Positions 20,761-30,917 of a DNA stretch of 64,000 bases are shown one piece after another. Within the stretch, counting starts at the first letter, position 1. Every line of letters starts with the position of its first letter. Origin of the DNA: Terriglobia bacterium (GTDB lineage: Bacteria > Acidobacteriota > Polarisedimenticolia > Polarisedimenticolales > JAIQFR01); NCBI GenBank assembly GCA_963748015.1, contig CAVVHE010000004.1, positions 96,001 to 160,000 on the forward strand, read 5' to 3'. The translations under genes and the position numbers were made by a program. The notes beneath the pieces were generated by a model, which ran no database searches, was not told where the DNA came from, and saw only the letters and a list, made by a program, of their open reading frames with translations.

Positions 20761-22933
20761 CCGGCGACATGAGTTCCGGCGCGTCCGGGATGCCCCTCGC
20801 CTGCGAGGACGTGATCCTGCGCCTCCTCGAGGTCGGCCGCCTCGGCGCGGCGGTCTTCGGGGCCGACCGGCAAGTGCTGTGGGCGGCCGGCGTGCTCCCG
20901 AGTGTCGCCGCCGAGGAGGCCTTGGGAAAGTCGTGCACCGAGGTCCTCGCGGGGTGCGACCAGCCTTGCGAGCCCTGCCTCCTGGAGCGGAGCGTGCAGG
21001 AGGGGCCCCTGCGGCGCATCCTCCGCCCGGTGCGGAATCACGAGACCCGCCCGCGGGTCTACGAGGTGATCGTCGCCCCGCTGCAGGTGCAGGGGCAGGC
21101 GGGGCCGCACTGGCTCGAGCTGGTGCGGGAGATTCGCGGGGCCGAGGGGATCGAGCAGTTCTTCCAGGGCGGGACGATGGACCTCGTCCGGCTCATCGCG
21201 GGCTGGTCCATCCCGGTCGTGCTGGTGGACGCGCAGGGGGTGATCCGCGCCTGGAACCGCGGGGCTGCCGCGCTCTACGGCCGGCCGGGGGAGGAGGCGG
21301 TCGGCCTCCGCTGGAGCGAGCTCGCCGGGGAGGTCGTGCCGGTCGCCCCCGAGACGTCCCCCGGCACCTCGACCCTGCGCTACGAGGCCCAGCATCGCGG
21401 GCGCGACGGGCAGCAGCTCCGTGTCATGGTGACCCGCACCGACCTCACGGGGGTCGAGGGAGAGAGCCAGGGGGCGTTTTACCTCGTTCTCGACCTGACC
21501 GGCTCCAAGGCCCTCGAGCGCAGCCTCGAGCGGCGCGTCGCCCAGCTGTCGATCATCCGCGAGATCGCCGAGGCCCTGCAGTCCGCGATGGGCCTGAACG
21601 AGATCCTGCGGACGATCCTCGTGGGCGCGACGGCGGGGGAGGGGCTGCGCTTCAACCGCGCGTTCCTCCTCCTCGCCGACGAGAAGCGCGGCGAGCTTCG
21701 GGGACGGGTGGCGATCGGGCCCTCCGATCCCGAGGAGGCGCACCGGATCTGGGACGAGCTGTCCCGCGCGAACGCCGGCTTGAGACGGCTCCTGAGGGAG
21801 TACGAGCCGTTCGTCGAGAGGACGAGCAGCCGCGTGAACGAGATCGTCCGGGGTATCAGCGCGCGCCTCGCCGACCGGGACAACTTCCTGGTCGCGGCCC
21901 TCGGCTCCCACTCCACGGTGCGCGTCGAGGGCGGGCGCGAGATGCCCTCGGGCCGGCCGGTGAGCCCGTCGCTCCTCGACCGGCTCGGGGTGCGGGACTT
22001 CGTCGCGGTGCCGCTCGTCGCCGAGGGGAAGCCGGTCGGCCTGCTTCTCGCGGACAACGCGATCACGGGCCGTCCGATCGAGGACGAGGACGTCGGCGTG
22101 CTCGAGCTCCTCGGGATGCAGGCGGGCCTCGCCATCGAGCGGGCGCGGCTGATCGGCGAGCTCGAGACCCAGGTGGCGTCCCTCGAGAAGGCGACCCAGG
22201 AGATCCGCGAGAACCAGGAGCGGCTCCTGCGGACCGAGCGCCTGTCCGCGGTCGGCGAGATGGCCGCGCGCGTCGTGCACGAGATCCGGAACCCGCTCGT
22301 GGCGATCGGCGGGTTCGCGAGGTCGCTCCTGCGCGAGGTTCCTCCGCAGGACACGAAGCGCGAGTCGATCCAGATCATCGTCGACGAGGTGCGACGGCTC
22401 GAGACGATCGTGCGGGAGGTGCTCGACTACTCGCGCCCCGCGGTCCCGCGGATCTCGCGGGTGGACCTTGCTCAGCTCGCGGTCGAGGCGCTCGACCTGC
22501 TCCGCTGGGAAGTGGACGATGCCGGGGTCGTGGGGCGCCTCGAGGCCGAGCAGGGGCTCCCCAAGGCGGCCGCCGACCGCAACCAGCTCTTCCAGGCCCT
22601 CGTCAACATCATGCGGAACGGCGTCCACGCCATGCCCCACGGCGGGAACGCTCACGCTGCGCGTGCGCGAGCGTGCCGGGCGGGCTCGAACTGGCGGTGG
22701 AGGACACGGGCGTCGGGATGCCCGGCGGAGCTCAAGGCGGCGGATCTTCGAGCCCTTTTTCACCACGAAGGCGACCGGCTCGGGGCTCGGCCTCACCATC
22801 GCGAGCGCAGATCATCGGCGATCACGGGGGCGAGATCCACGTCGAGAGCCAGGTCGGGTCCGGAACGACGGTTTACCTGCGGTTCCCGGCGGCGGAGGAG
22901 GGACCGAACGATGCCCAAGATCCTGGTCGTTGA
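20757..22933 (+). CDS. PAS/GAF sensor histidine kinase (HATPase part frameshifted in this sequence)
   Basis: H-box VHEIRNPL and N-box QALVNIMRNG in one frame; VEDTGVGM, IFEPFFTTK-GSGLGL and HGGEIHVES fall in alternating frames after ~22650. Confidence 0.85.
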
Positions 22934-23300
22934 GGACGAGAAGAACCTCCGCCTGCTCTACAAGCACGATCTGGAGCAGGACGGGTTCGCGGTCGTCACC
23001 GCGGCGAACGCGGTCGAGGGCCTTCACGCCCTGGAGGCGGAGGCGCCCGACCTGGTGATCCTCGACATCCGGATGCCGGGCATGGACGGTCTCGAGGCGA
23101 TGGGCCGGATCCTGGAGAAGAACCCGAAGATCCCGGTGGTGCTGAACTCGGCCTACTCGTCCTACAAGGACAACTTCCTGAGCTGGGCGGCCGACGCGTA
23201 CATCATCAAGAGCGCGGACACCAGCGAGCTTCGCGCGAAGGTCCGGGAGCTGATCGAGGCGCGGAGCGGCGGTGAGCCGACCGCGCGAGAGGCCGAGTAG
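22911..23300 (+). CDS. single-domain response regulator (receiver only)
   Basis: KILVVEDE, PDLVILDIRMPGMDG, AYIIKS; 129 aa, no output domain. Confidence 0.92.
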   Translation: MPKILVVEDEKNLRLLYKHDLEQDGFAVVTAANAVEGLHALEAEAPDLVILDIRMPGMDGLEAMGRILEKNPKIPVVLNSAYSSYKDNFLSWAADAYIIKSADTSELRAKVRELIEARSGGEPTAREAE

Positions 23301-23329
23301 CTCCGCAGCTTTTCCGAGGGAGGTGGGTC

Positions 23330-24579
23330 ATGTCCCGGAGGTCGCTCATCCTGCACGACGTGCTGGCGCTCGTTCTAGCCGGCGGGCAGGGAGAAAGGCT
23401 CTACCCGCTGACGCGCGACCGCGGCAAGCCGGCGGTCCCCTTCGGCGGGATCTACCGGATCATCGACTTCACGCTGTCGAACTGCCTGAACTCGGGGCTG
23501 CGGAAGATCTTCGTCCTGACCCAGTACAAGTCCGGCAGCCTCGAGCGGCACATCAAGCATCGGCTGGGACCCGATCTTCTCGGCGGAGCTCGACGAGTGG
23601 GTGTACACGCGTGCCGCCGCAGCTTCGGGTCGGGCAGCGCTGGTACACCGGGACGGCCGACGCGGTCTACCAGAACATCTACCTCCTGGAGCAGGAGAGG
23701 CCCCGGCACGTCGTTCATCCTGTCCGGCGACCACATCTACAAGATGGACTACCGCAGGATGCTGGAGCTCCACGAGGCGAGCGGCGCCATCGCGACGGTG
23801 GCCGCGGTGGAGGTCCCGATCGAGCAGGCCTCGGCGTTCGGCGTGCATCGAGGTGGACGCAGTCCTGGCGCATCGTCGCGTTCGCGGAGAAGCCATCGGA
23901 CCCGCGTCCGGTCCCCGGCCGCCCCGACCGCGCCCTGGTGAACATGGGGGTGTACTGCTTCGAGACGGAGAGCCTCGTCCGGGCCCTGTGCCGCCGATTC
24001 GCGCCACGAGAGCCGGCACGACTTCGGGCACGACATCCTTCCGGGCCTCGTCGAGACGGGGAAGATCTTCGCCTACCCGTTCGTCGACGAGAACCGGAAG
24101 GAGATGCTCTACTGGCGCGACATCGGTACCCTGGACTCCTACTACGAGGCGAGCATGGACCTGGTCTCGGTCGATCCCGTGTTCAATCTGTACGACCGGA
24201 GCTGGCCGCTCCGCACCATGCCCCACCAGCTCCCGCCGGCGAAGACCGTGTTCGCGCAGGAGGAGCCCGGCGGGCGCATCGGCTTGGCGCTCGACTCGAT
24301 CCTGAGCGGCGGCGTGATCGTCAGCGGGGGCCGCGTCGAGCGGTCGGTCCTCGGGCCCCGAGGTGCGCGTGAACTCGTTCGCGCGGGTCGCCGACAGCGT
24401 GCTCATGGACGGCGTCGAGGTGGGCCGCCACGCGCGGGTCCGCCGCGCGATCGTGGACAAGGACGTGCAGATCCCCTCCGGCTACGTCGATCGGGGAGGA
24501 TCCCGACGAGGACAAGGAGCGTTTCACCGTGACCGCCGGGGGCGTCGTGGTTATCCCGCGCGGCACGCCACTCGATTGA
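23330..24579 (+). CDS. glgC: glucose-1-phosphate adenylyltransferase (multiple frameshifts in this sequence)
   Basis: LAGGQGERL...[49 protein letters not shown] and GVVVIPRG spread across three frames. Confidence 0.9.
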
Positions 24580-24603
24580 CCGGAGAGGTTCTAGGAGGCA
24601 TCC

Positions 24604-25530
24604 GTGGAGCAGCATGACGTCGTGATCATCGGGTCCGGCCCGGCGGGGCTCACCGCCGCCGTCTATTGCGCCCGCGCGAACCTCAAGCCGGTGGTCGTGG
24701 AGGGGATGCTCGCGGGCGGCCAACTCATGAACACGACCGAGGTGGAGAACTACCCGGGATTTCCCGAGGGGATACAGGGGCCGGAGCTGATGGAGCTGTT
24801 CCGCAAGCAGGCGGAGCGTTTCGGCACGGCCTTCGTCTCCGGCGACGTGGTGAAGGTGGACTTCTCGGCGCGCCCTTTCGGCGTGTTCACCGACGAGAAG
24901 GAGCTGCGCGCGCGCGCGGTCATCGTCGCGACCGGCGCATCGCCGCGCACGCTGGGGATTCCCGGGGAGAAGGAGTACGCCGGGCGCGGGGTCTCGTACT
25001 GCGCGACCTGCGACGGGTTCTTCTTCCGGGACAAGGAGATCGTCGTGGTGGGCGGGGGCGATTCCGCGATGGAGGAGGCGCTGTTCCTCGCGCGCTACGG
25101 CTCCCGCACCACGGTCGTCCATCGTCGCGACGCGTTTCGCGCCTCGAAGATCATGGCTGACCGGCTGCTCGCGAACCCGAAGGTCGAGGTGGTCTGGAAC
25201 TCGTTCGTGGACGCGGTCGAGGGAGACGGCGCCAAGGTGACGACCGTCCGGCTCAGGAACGCGAAGACCGGCGCGGTCTCCGATCGGCCGTGCGCCGGCT
25301 TCTTCGTGGCGATCGGGCACACGCCGAACACCTCGCTGTTCGAGACGATCCTCCCGATGAACGCCGAAGGGTACCTCGAGCTCTCGGGCTCCTCGTCGTA
25401 CACGAACATCCCCGGCGTGTTCGCGGCGGGGGACGTGCACGACCACGTCTACCGGCAAGCGATCACCGCCGCCGGCGCCGGCTGCCGCGCCGCCATCGAC
25501 TGCGAGCGGTGGCTCGAGAGCGAGGGCTAG
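24604..25530 (+). CDS. trxB: thioredoxin-disulfide reductase
   Basis: [41 protein letters not shown]. Confidence 0.96.
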   Translation: MEQHDVVIIGSGPAGLTAAVYCARANLKPVVVEGMLAGGQLMNTTEVENYPGFPEGIQGPELMELFRKQAERFGTAFVSGDVVKVDFSARPFGVFTDEKELRARAVIVATGASPRTLGIPGEKEYAGRGVSYCATCDGFFFRDKEIVVVGGGDSAMEEALFLARYGSRTTVVHRRDAFRASKIMADRLLANPKVEVVWNSFVDAVEGDGAKVTTVRLRNAKTGAVSDRPCAGFFVAIGHTPNTSLFETILPMNAEGYLELSGSSSYTNIPGVFAAGDVHDHVYRQAITAAGAGCRAAIDCERWLESEG

Positions 25531-26708
25531 AGTCCTCGCCGGGTCGCCGCGACGAGAGCGGGGAGGAACGTCGCCGCGGGGCCGCGAAGCAGCGCGAGCG
25601 CCAGGGCGGCCAGGGCCGGACGGGCGAAGAGGAAGCCGATCGCGCGGGCGCGGCGGGTCACCGGCACGAACGCCGCGCGCCAGGTGCGGTCGTAGTTTCG
25701 TTCGGCGTTCCTCGTGAGCCCGCCGTGGGCCGAGGCATCGAGGGCGAAAGGGAGCGCGAGCTCCGCGGCAGCGAGCGCGTTCGAGATGCCTTCCCCGCAG
25801 AACGGATCGATCGTGCCCGCGGCGTCGCCGACGAACAGAGCGCCCGCGGCCGCCGGGCGGCGAGGCCCGAACCGTAGCGGTCCGACGCTCTTCCAGGGCG
25901 ATCGGCGCTGCGCCCCGGCAAGTGACCGCCGGGCCGTGGGGTTCGCGAAGATCCGCTCGCTCACGACCCGGTCGGGGGATCCGCCGCAGGCGCGGAGAGC
26001 CGCCACCCGGCTCATGAAGCAGAGGTTGATCCGCCCTCCCTCGACCGGGCCGATTCCGGCGTAGCCGCCTTCGAACAGGTGCAGCTCGACGGCGCCGCGC
26101 GGCGAGGCGGCAGCGGCGTCGAAGTGCGCCTTCAGCCCGAACCAGGCGCGTGGGCCGCTCCGCGTCGGGTCCCCGAGGGCGGGGTGAAGGGCGCGGGCGA
26201 GCATCGAGCGGCGGCCGTCCGCCGCGACGACGATGGGGGCCCTGACCGGCTCGCCAGGGCCGGCGAGGCCCACCTCCCGGAGGCGGGCACCGGCGACGCG
26301 GCCGCCCTCGACGATCGGTTCCGTGGCCTCGCAGCGCTCGCGCACGTCGGCGCCGAGCGCGCGGGCGCGGTCGAGCAAGGCGGCGTCGAGGAGCGAGCGG
26401 GAGATCCCGAGCGCATCGCGCCCTGCTCCCGCAAGGTCGGGCAGGAACGCCTCGACGGCGCGTCCCGAGGAGGACGAGACCGTCGTTCTCGCGATGGGGA
26501 CGGCCCCGGCGGCGAGCAGCGCATCGAGTGCGCCGAGCCGCCCCAAGGAGATCCGCCCCTCCGCCGAGAGGAACTCGCCGCAGACCTTGTCCCGCGGGAA
26601 GCGGTCGCGCTCGGCGAGCAGCACGCGGGCCCCTCGCTCCGCCGCCATGGCGGCGAGCGCGGCGCCCGCGGGCCCCCCGCCGATCACCAGGACGTCGGGA
26701 GCGCTCAC
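25527..26708 (-). CDS. FAD-dependent oxidoreductase (geranylgeranyl reductase/monooxygenase-like)
   Basis: DVLVIGGGPAG, FPRDKVCGE, VAADGRRS, VGDAAGTIDPFCGEG; GTG start overlaps the upstream stop. Confidence 0.88.
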   Translation of the reverse strand: MSAPDVLVIGGGPAGAALAAMAAERGARVLLAERDRFPRDKVCGEFLSAEGRISLGRLGALDALLAAGAVPIARTTVSSSSGRAVEAFLPDLAGAGRDALGISRSLLDAALLDRARALGADVRERCEATEPIVEGGRVAGARLREVGLAGPGEPVRAPIVVAADGRRSMLARALHPALGDPTRSGPRAWFGLKAHFDAAAASPRGAVELHLFEGGYAGIGPVEGGRINLCFMSRVAALRACGGSPDRVVSERIFANPTARRSLAGAQRRSPWKSVGPLRFGPRRPAAAGALFVGDAAGTIDPFCGEGISNALAAAELALPFALDASAHGGLTRNAERNYDRTWRAAFVPVTRRARAIGFLFARPALAALALALLRGPAATFLPALVAATRRGL

Positions 26709-27424
26709 GGGGGGCCCCCGGCGGCCGGCAGCGTGAGCGCCAGTCGGAAGGGGCAGAGCCGCTCGACCCGGGCTCCCGCCCCCCCCGCGCGGCGCCCTAT
26801 CGCGAGGAGCTCGCCCGGCGTGAATCCCCGCCGCACCGAGAGCGGCGCGTCGTAAGCGAAGAACGGGCTCCGCCGCGTGACGCGCGCGGCGAGCGCGATG
26901 AACAGCCACGGGAGCACGCCCCGCTCGAGGTCGTTGACGATCACGGCGCGCCGCGCAAGGCGCAGGAGCGAGCCGAGCAGGGTCGCGGCATCTTCGTCTC
27001 CGAAATGGTGCAGAAACATCGAGGCGCAGACCACGTCGAAGCTCCTCGCCGCGAAGGGAAGGGCCCGCGCGTCGGCCAGGACGACCCGGACGTGGCGCGC
27101 GGCCGCCGCGGCGCGCGCGGCCACCCGGATCGCCGCCGGGTCGCGGTCCACCGCGGTGACCCGCACCGTGCGCCTGCGGCGCCGGCCCAGGTCTTCCATC
27201 GCCACGGCCAGGTCGGCGCCGCCCGTGCCGACGTCGAGGATCTCGACCTCGCCGCCCGGCGGGGCCGCGACCACGTGCGGGTCGAGGGCCCGTAACAGCG
27301 CGCGGGCGCCGCCGAGCCGGCGGTTGACGGTGGCGATGTCGCGGAGCGCGGCCGCCACCTCCTCGGGATCGCACCCCGCGCGCTCCATCCGCTCCTCCTC
27401 CGAGCTCCTGCGGAGGACCGTCAC
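26705..27424 (-). CDS. class I SAM-dependent methyltransferase
   Basis: RSSEEERME N-terminus, ILDVGTGGAD, SMFLHHF, VNDLER, DAPLSVRRGF. Confidence 0.88.
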   Translation of the reverse strand: MTVLRRSSEEERMERAGCDPEEVAAALRDIATVNRRLGGARALLRALDPHVVAAPPGGEVEILDVGTGGADLAVAMEDLGRRRRRTVRVTAVDRDPAAIRVAARAAAAARHVRVVLADARALPFAARSFDVVCASMFLHHFGDEDAATLLGSLLRLARRAVIVNDLERGVLPWLFIALAARVTRRSPFFAYDAPLSVRRGFTPGELLAIGRRAGGAGARVERLCPFRLALTLPAAGGPP

Positions 27425-28713
27425 GGTCCGTCTCGGGGCGCCCGGAGGACCAGGGCCGAGTTCTTCGATCCGAAGCCGATGCAGTTGCAGAGGGCCGTGC
27501 CGATCCGGGCGGGACGCCCCGCGTCCGGAACAACGTCGAGATCGCACTCGGGGTCCGGCTCGTCCCGGTTGGCGGTCGGGGGGAGCACCCCGTCTCGCAT
27601 GGCGAGGAGCGTGGCCACGACACCGGCCGCGCCGCTCGCCCCTTGGGGATGGCCGATGACCGACTTCACGCTCGACGCCGGGGCGTCGTGGGCGTGGAGG
27701 CCGAGGGCGAGCTTCACCGCCCGCGTCTCGATCCGGTCGTTGAGCACGGTGGAGGTCCCGTGCAGGGCGACGTAGTCGATCTCCTCGGGAACGGCCCCCG
27801 CATCCTCGAGAGCCAGGGTCATCGCCCGTGCCGGCTCCTCGCCGGACTCGTCGAGCCGGACGCGGTGGAACGCCTCGCAGGTCGACCCGTAGCCGGCGAT
27901 CTCGCCGTAGATCCGCGCCCCGCGCCGCACGGCCGAATCGCGCTCCTCGAGGAGGAGCACGAAGGCGCCCTCCCCGAGCACGAACCCGTCGCGGTCCCGC
28001 GAGAACGGGCGGGACCCGCGCTCGGGCTCGTCGTTCCACGAGGGGGTCATGATCCGCATGAGGCAGAAACCCGCGAGGATGCCCGGGCTGATCGGGGCGT
28101 CCGTCCCCCCGGCGAGCACGCGGTCCGCGCGCCCGTACCGGATCAGGGACAGCGCGTGGCCCAGGGCGTCCGTGGAAGAGGTGCACCCCGTGGTGAGCAC
28201 GTGGCTCGGTCCCCTCAGGCCGTGGCGCATCGAGATCTCGCTGCTGAGCGATCCGGGGGTCGCCGAGGGGATCGTGTAGAGGCTCACCCCCTTCGCGTTC
28301 CCGAGGTAGAACTCCCGGAACTGGTGCTCGGCGAACTCCAGTCCCGCCCCGCCGCTGCCGAGGACCACCGCGAAGCGCCGTCGCTCCTCGATCGGCTGCC
28401 CGGAGGGGTCGACGCCCGCGTCCGCGCAGGCCTCGTCCGCGGCCGCGATCGCCATCACGGTGGCTCTCGGGAGGTGTTTCGCCTCCCGCCCTTCCACGTA
28501 GCGCGAGGGGTCGAAGTCCGGCACCTGGCCGGCGATCCTGGTCGGGAGTCCCGAGACGTCGAACCCCGCGATCGGGCGGACCCCGCTCTTCCCCTCGCGG
28601 GTCGCTCGCCAGAACGCCTCGCGTCCGGTCCCGTTCGGGGCCACGGCCCCGAGGCCGGTGACGACGACGCGGCGCCCCTCGAGGGGCCTTGTCCTTCCGC
28701 TCGCAACGTCCAT
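27421..28713 (-). CDS. beta-ketoacyl synthase (FabF/KS-alpha-like)
   Basis: VVVTGLG, TTGCTSS (Cys), LHGTST and KSVIGH (His pair), RDGFVLGEGA, GFGSKN. Confidence 0.92.
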   Translation of the reverse strand: MDVASGRTRPLEGRRVVVTGLGAVAPNGTGREAFWRATREGKSGVRPIAGFDVSGLPTRIAGQVPDFDPSRYVEGREAKHLPRATVMAIAAADEACADAGVDPSGQPIEERRRFAVVLGSGGAGLEFAEHQFREFYLGNAKGVSLYTIPSATPGSLSSEISMRHGLRGPSHVLTTGCTSSTDALGHALSLIRYGRADRVLAGGTDAPISPGILAGFCLMRIMTPSWNDEPERGSRPFSRDRDGFVLGEGAFVLLLEERDSAVRRGARIYGEIAGYGSTCEAFHRVRLDESGEEPARAMTLALEDAGAVPEEIDYVALHGTSTVLNDRIETRAVKLALGLHAHDAPASSVKSVIGHPQGASGAAGVVATLLAMRDGVLPPTANRDEPDPECDLDVVPDAGRPARIGTALCNCIGFGSKNSALVLRAPRDGP

Positions 28714-28812
28714 CCCGTGGATTCTCCCCGGCCCACCCCGAACAGTCTAATCCCCGCCGATGCGGACCGCCGTTCGCATAGAATGAGCACTCGAGAGTCG
28801 GGAGGTGCGGCC

Positions 28813-29448
28813 ATGGCGGACACACTGTTCTGGGACGTGGACACCCAGGTCGACTTCATGGACCCCGCGGGCGCGCCGTACGTGCCGCGCGCGGAGACGA
28901 TCGTCGCGAATCTGGAGAAGCTGACGCTTCACGCGAAGCGCATGGGGATCGCGCGCGCCGGCTCGGTCGACCACCATGCGCCCGCCGATCCGGAGGACTC
29001 CGACCGGCCGGACCTCGGCGAGCCCTATCCGCCGCACTGCCTCGCCGGGACGCCGGGGGCCGCGAAGATCGCGGCGACGTCGCCCCAGAACCCGCTCTGG
29101 ATCCCGCCGAGCCCGGTTCCGGCCCCGGCCCTCGCGGCACAGATCCGGAACCATCCCGGCGAGGTGTTTCTGCTGAAGCACAAGTTCGACGTCTTCTCGA
29201 ACCCGAACACCTGCACGGTGCTGCGCGCCTACGGGCCGTCGCGTATCGTGGTGTACGGCGTCGCGCTGGACGTCGCGGTACGCCATGCCGTGGAGGGCTT
29301 TCTGACGCTGACGGGGTGGGAGATCTGGCTGGTGGAGGACGCCGTCAAGGCGGTGCGGCCCGAGGCCGCTGCGGACCTGCTCGATGATTGGCGAGGGCGC
29401 GGGGTGAGGACGGTGAGCACCGACGAGGCCCTCGATCTGACCAGGTAG
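28813..29448 (+). CDS. isochorismatase/nicotinamidase (PncA)-family protein, catalytic Cys absent
   Basis: WDVDTQVDF, DHH, YPPHCLAGTPG, LLKHKFDVF; GVALDVAV where active members have G-x-A-x-D-x-C-V. Confidence 0.82.
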   Translation: MADTLFWDVDTQVDFMDPAGAPYVPRAETIVANLEKLTLHAKRMGIARAGSVDHHAPADPEDSDRPDLGEPYPPHCLAGTPGAAKIAATSPQNPLWIPPSPVPAPALAAQIRNHPGEVFLLKHKFDVFSNPNTCTVLRAYGPSRIVVYGVALDVAVRHAVEGFLTLTGWEIWLVEDAVKAVRPEAAADLLDDWRGRGVRTVSTDEALDLTR

Positions 29449-29456
29449 GGGGAGGC

Positions 29457-30917
29457 ATGAGACCGATTCTCCGGCTGCTGGACGACGCGCTGATCGAGAG
29501 GATCCTGGACGAGGCGAGGGACGTGCTCTGGCGGCTCGGGGTCGAGGTTCACAACCCTCCGGTCCTGACCCTCCTCGCCGATCACGGTGCGAAGGTGGAT
29601 CGCGCATCGCAGCGGGTCTTCCTCCGCGGCGAGATGGTGGACCGGGCCGTCGCGAGCGCCCCGAAAGGGTTCAAGCTCCACGACGTCCTCGGCAACGAGA
29701 CGCACGATCTCTCCGGGTACCGCGTCCACTTCACCCCCGGTTCCGCGGCGATCCACGTGCTCGACGCCGCGACGGGCGCGATCCGCAAGCCGGCGACCCG
29801 GGATTGCGTCGAGCACTTCAAGGTCGTGAGCGGGCTGCCGAACATCCACGCGGCGAGCACCTCGATCGTGCCGGCGGACGTCCACGAGGCGGTCTCGGAC
29901 AGCTACCGGCTCTACCTGGCCCTGCTGTATTGCGAGAAACCGGTGGTCACCGGGGCCTTCCGCATCGAGTCGTTCGAGGTGATGAAGGACTTCCAGGTTG
30001 CCGTCCGGGGAGGCGCTTCGGCGCTGAGGGAGAAGCCCCTGACGGTCTTCTCGTGCTGCCCGACCTCGCCGCTCAAGTGGAGCGACGTCACCTCCCAGAA
30101 CCTCGTGGACTGCGCCCGCTGGGGGATCCCCACCGAGCTGATCTCGATGCCGCTCTCGGGGTTCATGGCGCCGGTGACGCTCACCGGGACGCTCGTCCAG
30201 CACACCGCCGAGACGCTGAGCGGCCTCGTGATCGCCCAGACGGCGAGTCCCGGCGCGCCGGTCCTCTACGGCGGCTCCCCGGCGGCCTTCGACGTCCGGT
30301 ACGAGACGACCCCCATGGGCGCGATCGAGACCCAGATGGTGGACTGCGCCTACAACGAGATCGGGAAGCACCTGGGACTGCCTACCCAGGCCTACATCTC
30401 GCTGAGCGACGCGAAGGCCCTCGACGCCCAGGCCGGTCTCGAGAGCTCGATGGGGGCGACCCTCGCGGCCCTCTCCGGGATCAACAGCGTTTCGGGGCCG
30501 GGCATGCTCGACTTCGAGAGCTGCCAGAGCCTCGAGAAGCTGGTCGTGGACCACGAGATCTGCGGCCTGGTCCTGAGGCTTGCCCGCGGGATCGAGCCGC
30601 GCGACGATTTCCCGGCCGTCCCGATCTTCGAGGAGCTCCTGCGCGACGGCCACCTCCTGATCGCGAAGCACACGCGGCGGCACCTCCGCGCGGAGCACCA
30701 CTTCCCCGGGCCGGCCATCGACAGGGCGAACCTGTCGCGCTGGCGCGAGGAAGGGGGCCTCACGCTAGGGGCGCGCGCGTCGCGCGAGGTGGCCCGGCTG
30801 CTCGAAGCCCACGTGCCGTCGAGGCTTCCCGTAGAGGTGCAGCGGGAGCTGGCCCGCCTGATGCAGTCGGCCGCGCGCGCCGCCGGCATGGATGCTCTCC
30901 CCTCGAGGGAAGCATGA
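29457..30917 (+). CDS. trimethylamine methyltransferase (MttB) family protein, non-pyrrolysine
   Basis: PTSPLKW, APVTLTGTLVQHTAE, PGAPVLYG, SDAKALDAQAGLE, SLEKLVVDHE; no in-frame TAG. Confidence 0.92.
   Translation: MRPILRLLDDALIERILDEARDVLWRLGVEVHNPPVLTLLADHGAKVDRASQRVFLRGEMVDRAVASAPKGFKLHDVLGNETHDLSGYRVHFTPGSAAIHVLDAATGAIRKPATRDCVEHFKVVSGLPNIHAASTSIVPADVHEAVSDSYRLYLALLYCEKPVVTGAFRIESFEVMKDFQVAVRGGASALREKPLTVFSCCPTSPLKWSDVTSQNLVDCARWGIPTELISMPLSGFMAPVTLTGTLVQHTAETLSGLVIAQTASPGAPVLYGGSPAAFDVRYETTPMGAIETQMVDCAYNEIGKHLGLPTQAYISLSDAKALDAQAGLESSMGATLAALSGINSVSGPGMLDFESCQSLEKLVVDHEICGLVLRLARGIEPRDDFPAVPIFEELLRDGHLLIAKHTRRHLRAEHHFPGPAIDRANLSRWREEGGLTLGARASREVARLLEAHVPSRLPVEVQRELARLMQSAARAAGMDALPSREA

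Noticed and set aside
19299..23300. 1333-aa ORF suggesting a giant hybrid kinase
   Set aside because: Its N-terminus is an off-frame shadow of glgA, and the join to the receiver comes from frameshifts; the receiver has its own GGAGG and ATG at 22911.
22640..24520. Programmed frameshifting or phase variation in the kinase and glgC
   Set aside because: Too many shifts, not at long homopolymers or slippery sites; sequencing error is the simpler explanation.
28714..28812. Cobalamin or SAM riboswitch ahead of the methyltransfer operon
   Set aside because: The gap is only ~100 bp, and I see no B12-box or SAM-I core motifs.
29457..30917. Pyrrolysine readthrough in mttB
   Set aside because: No in-frame TAG, and no pyl genes in the window.
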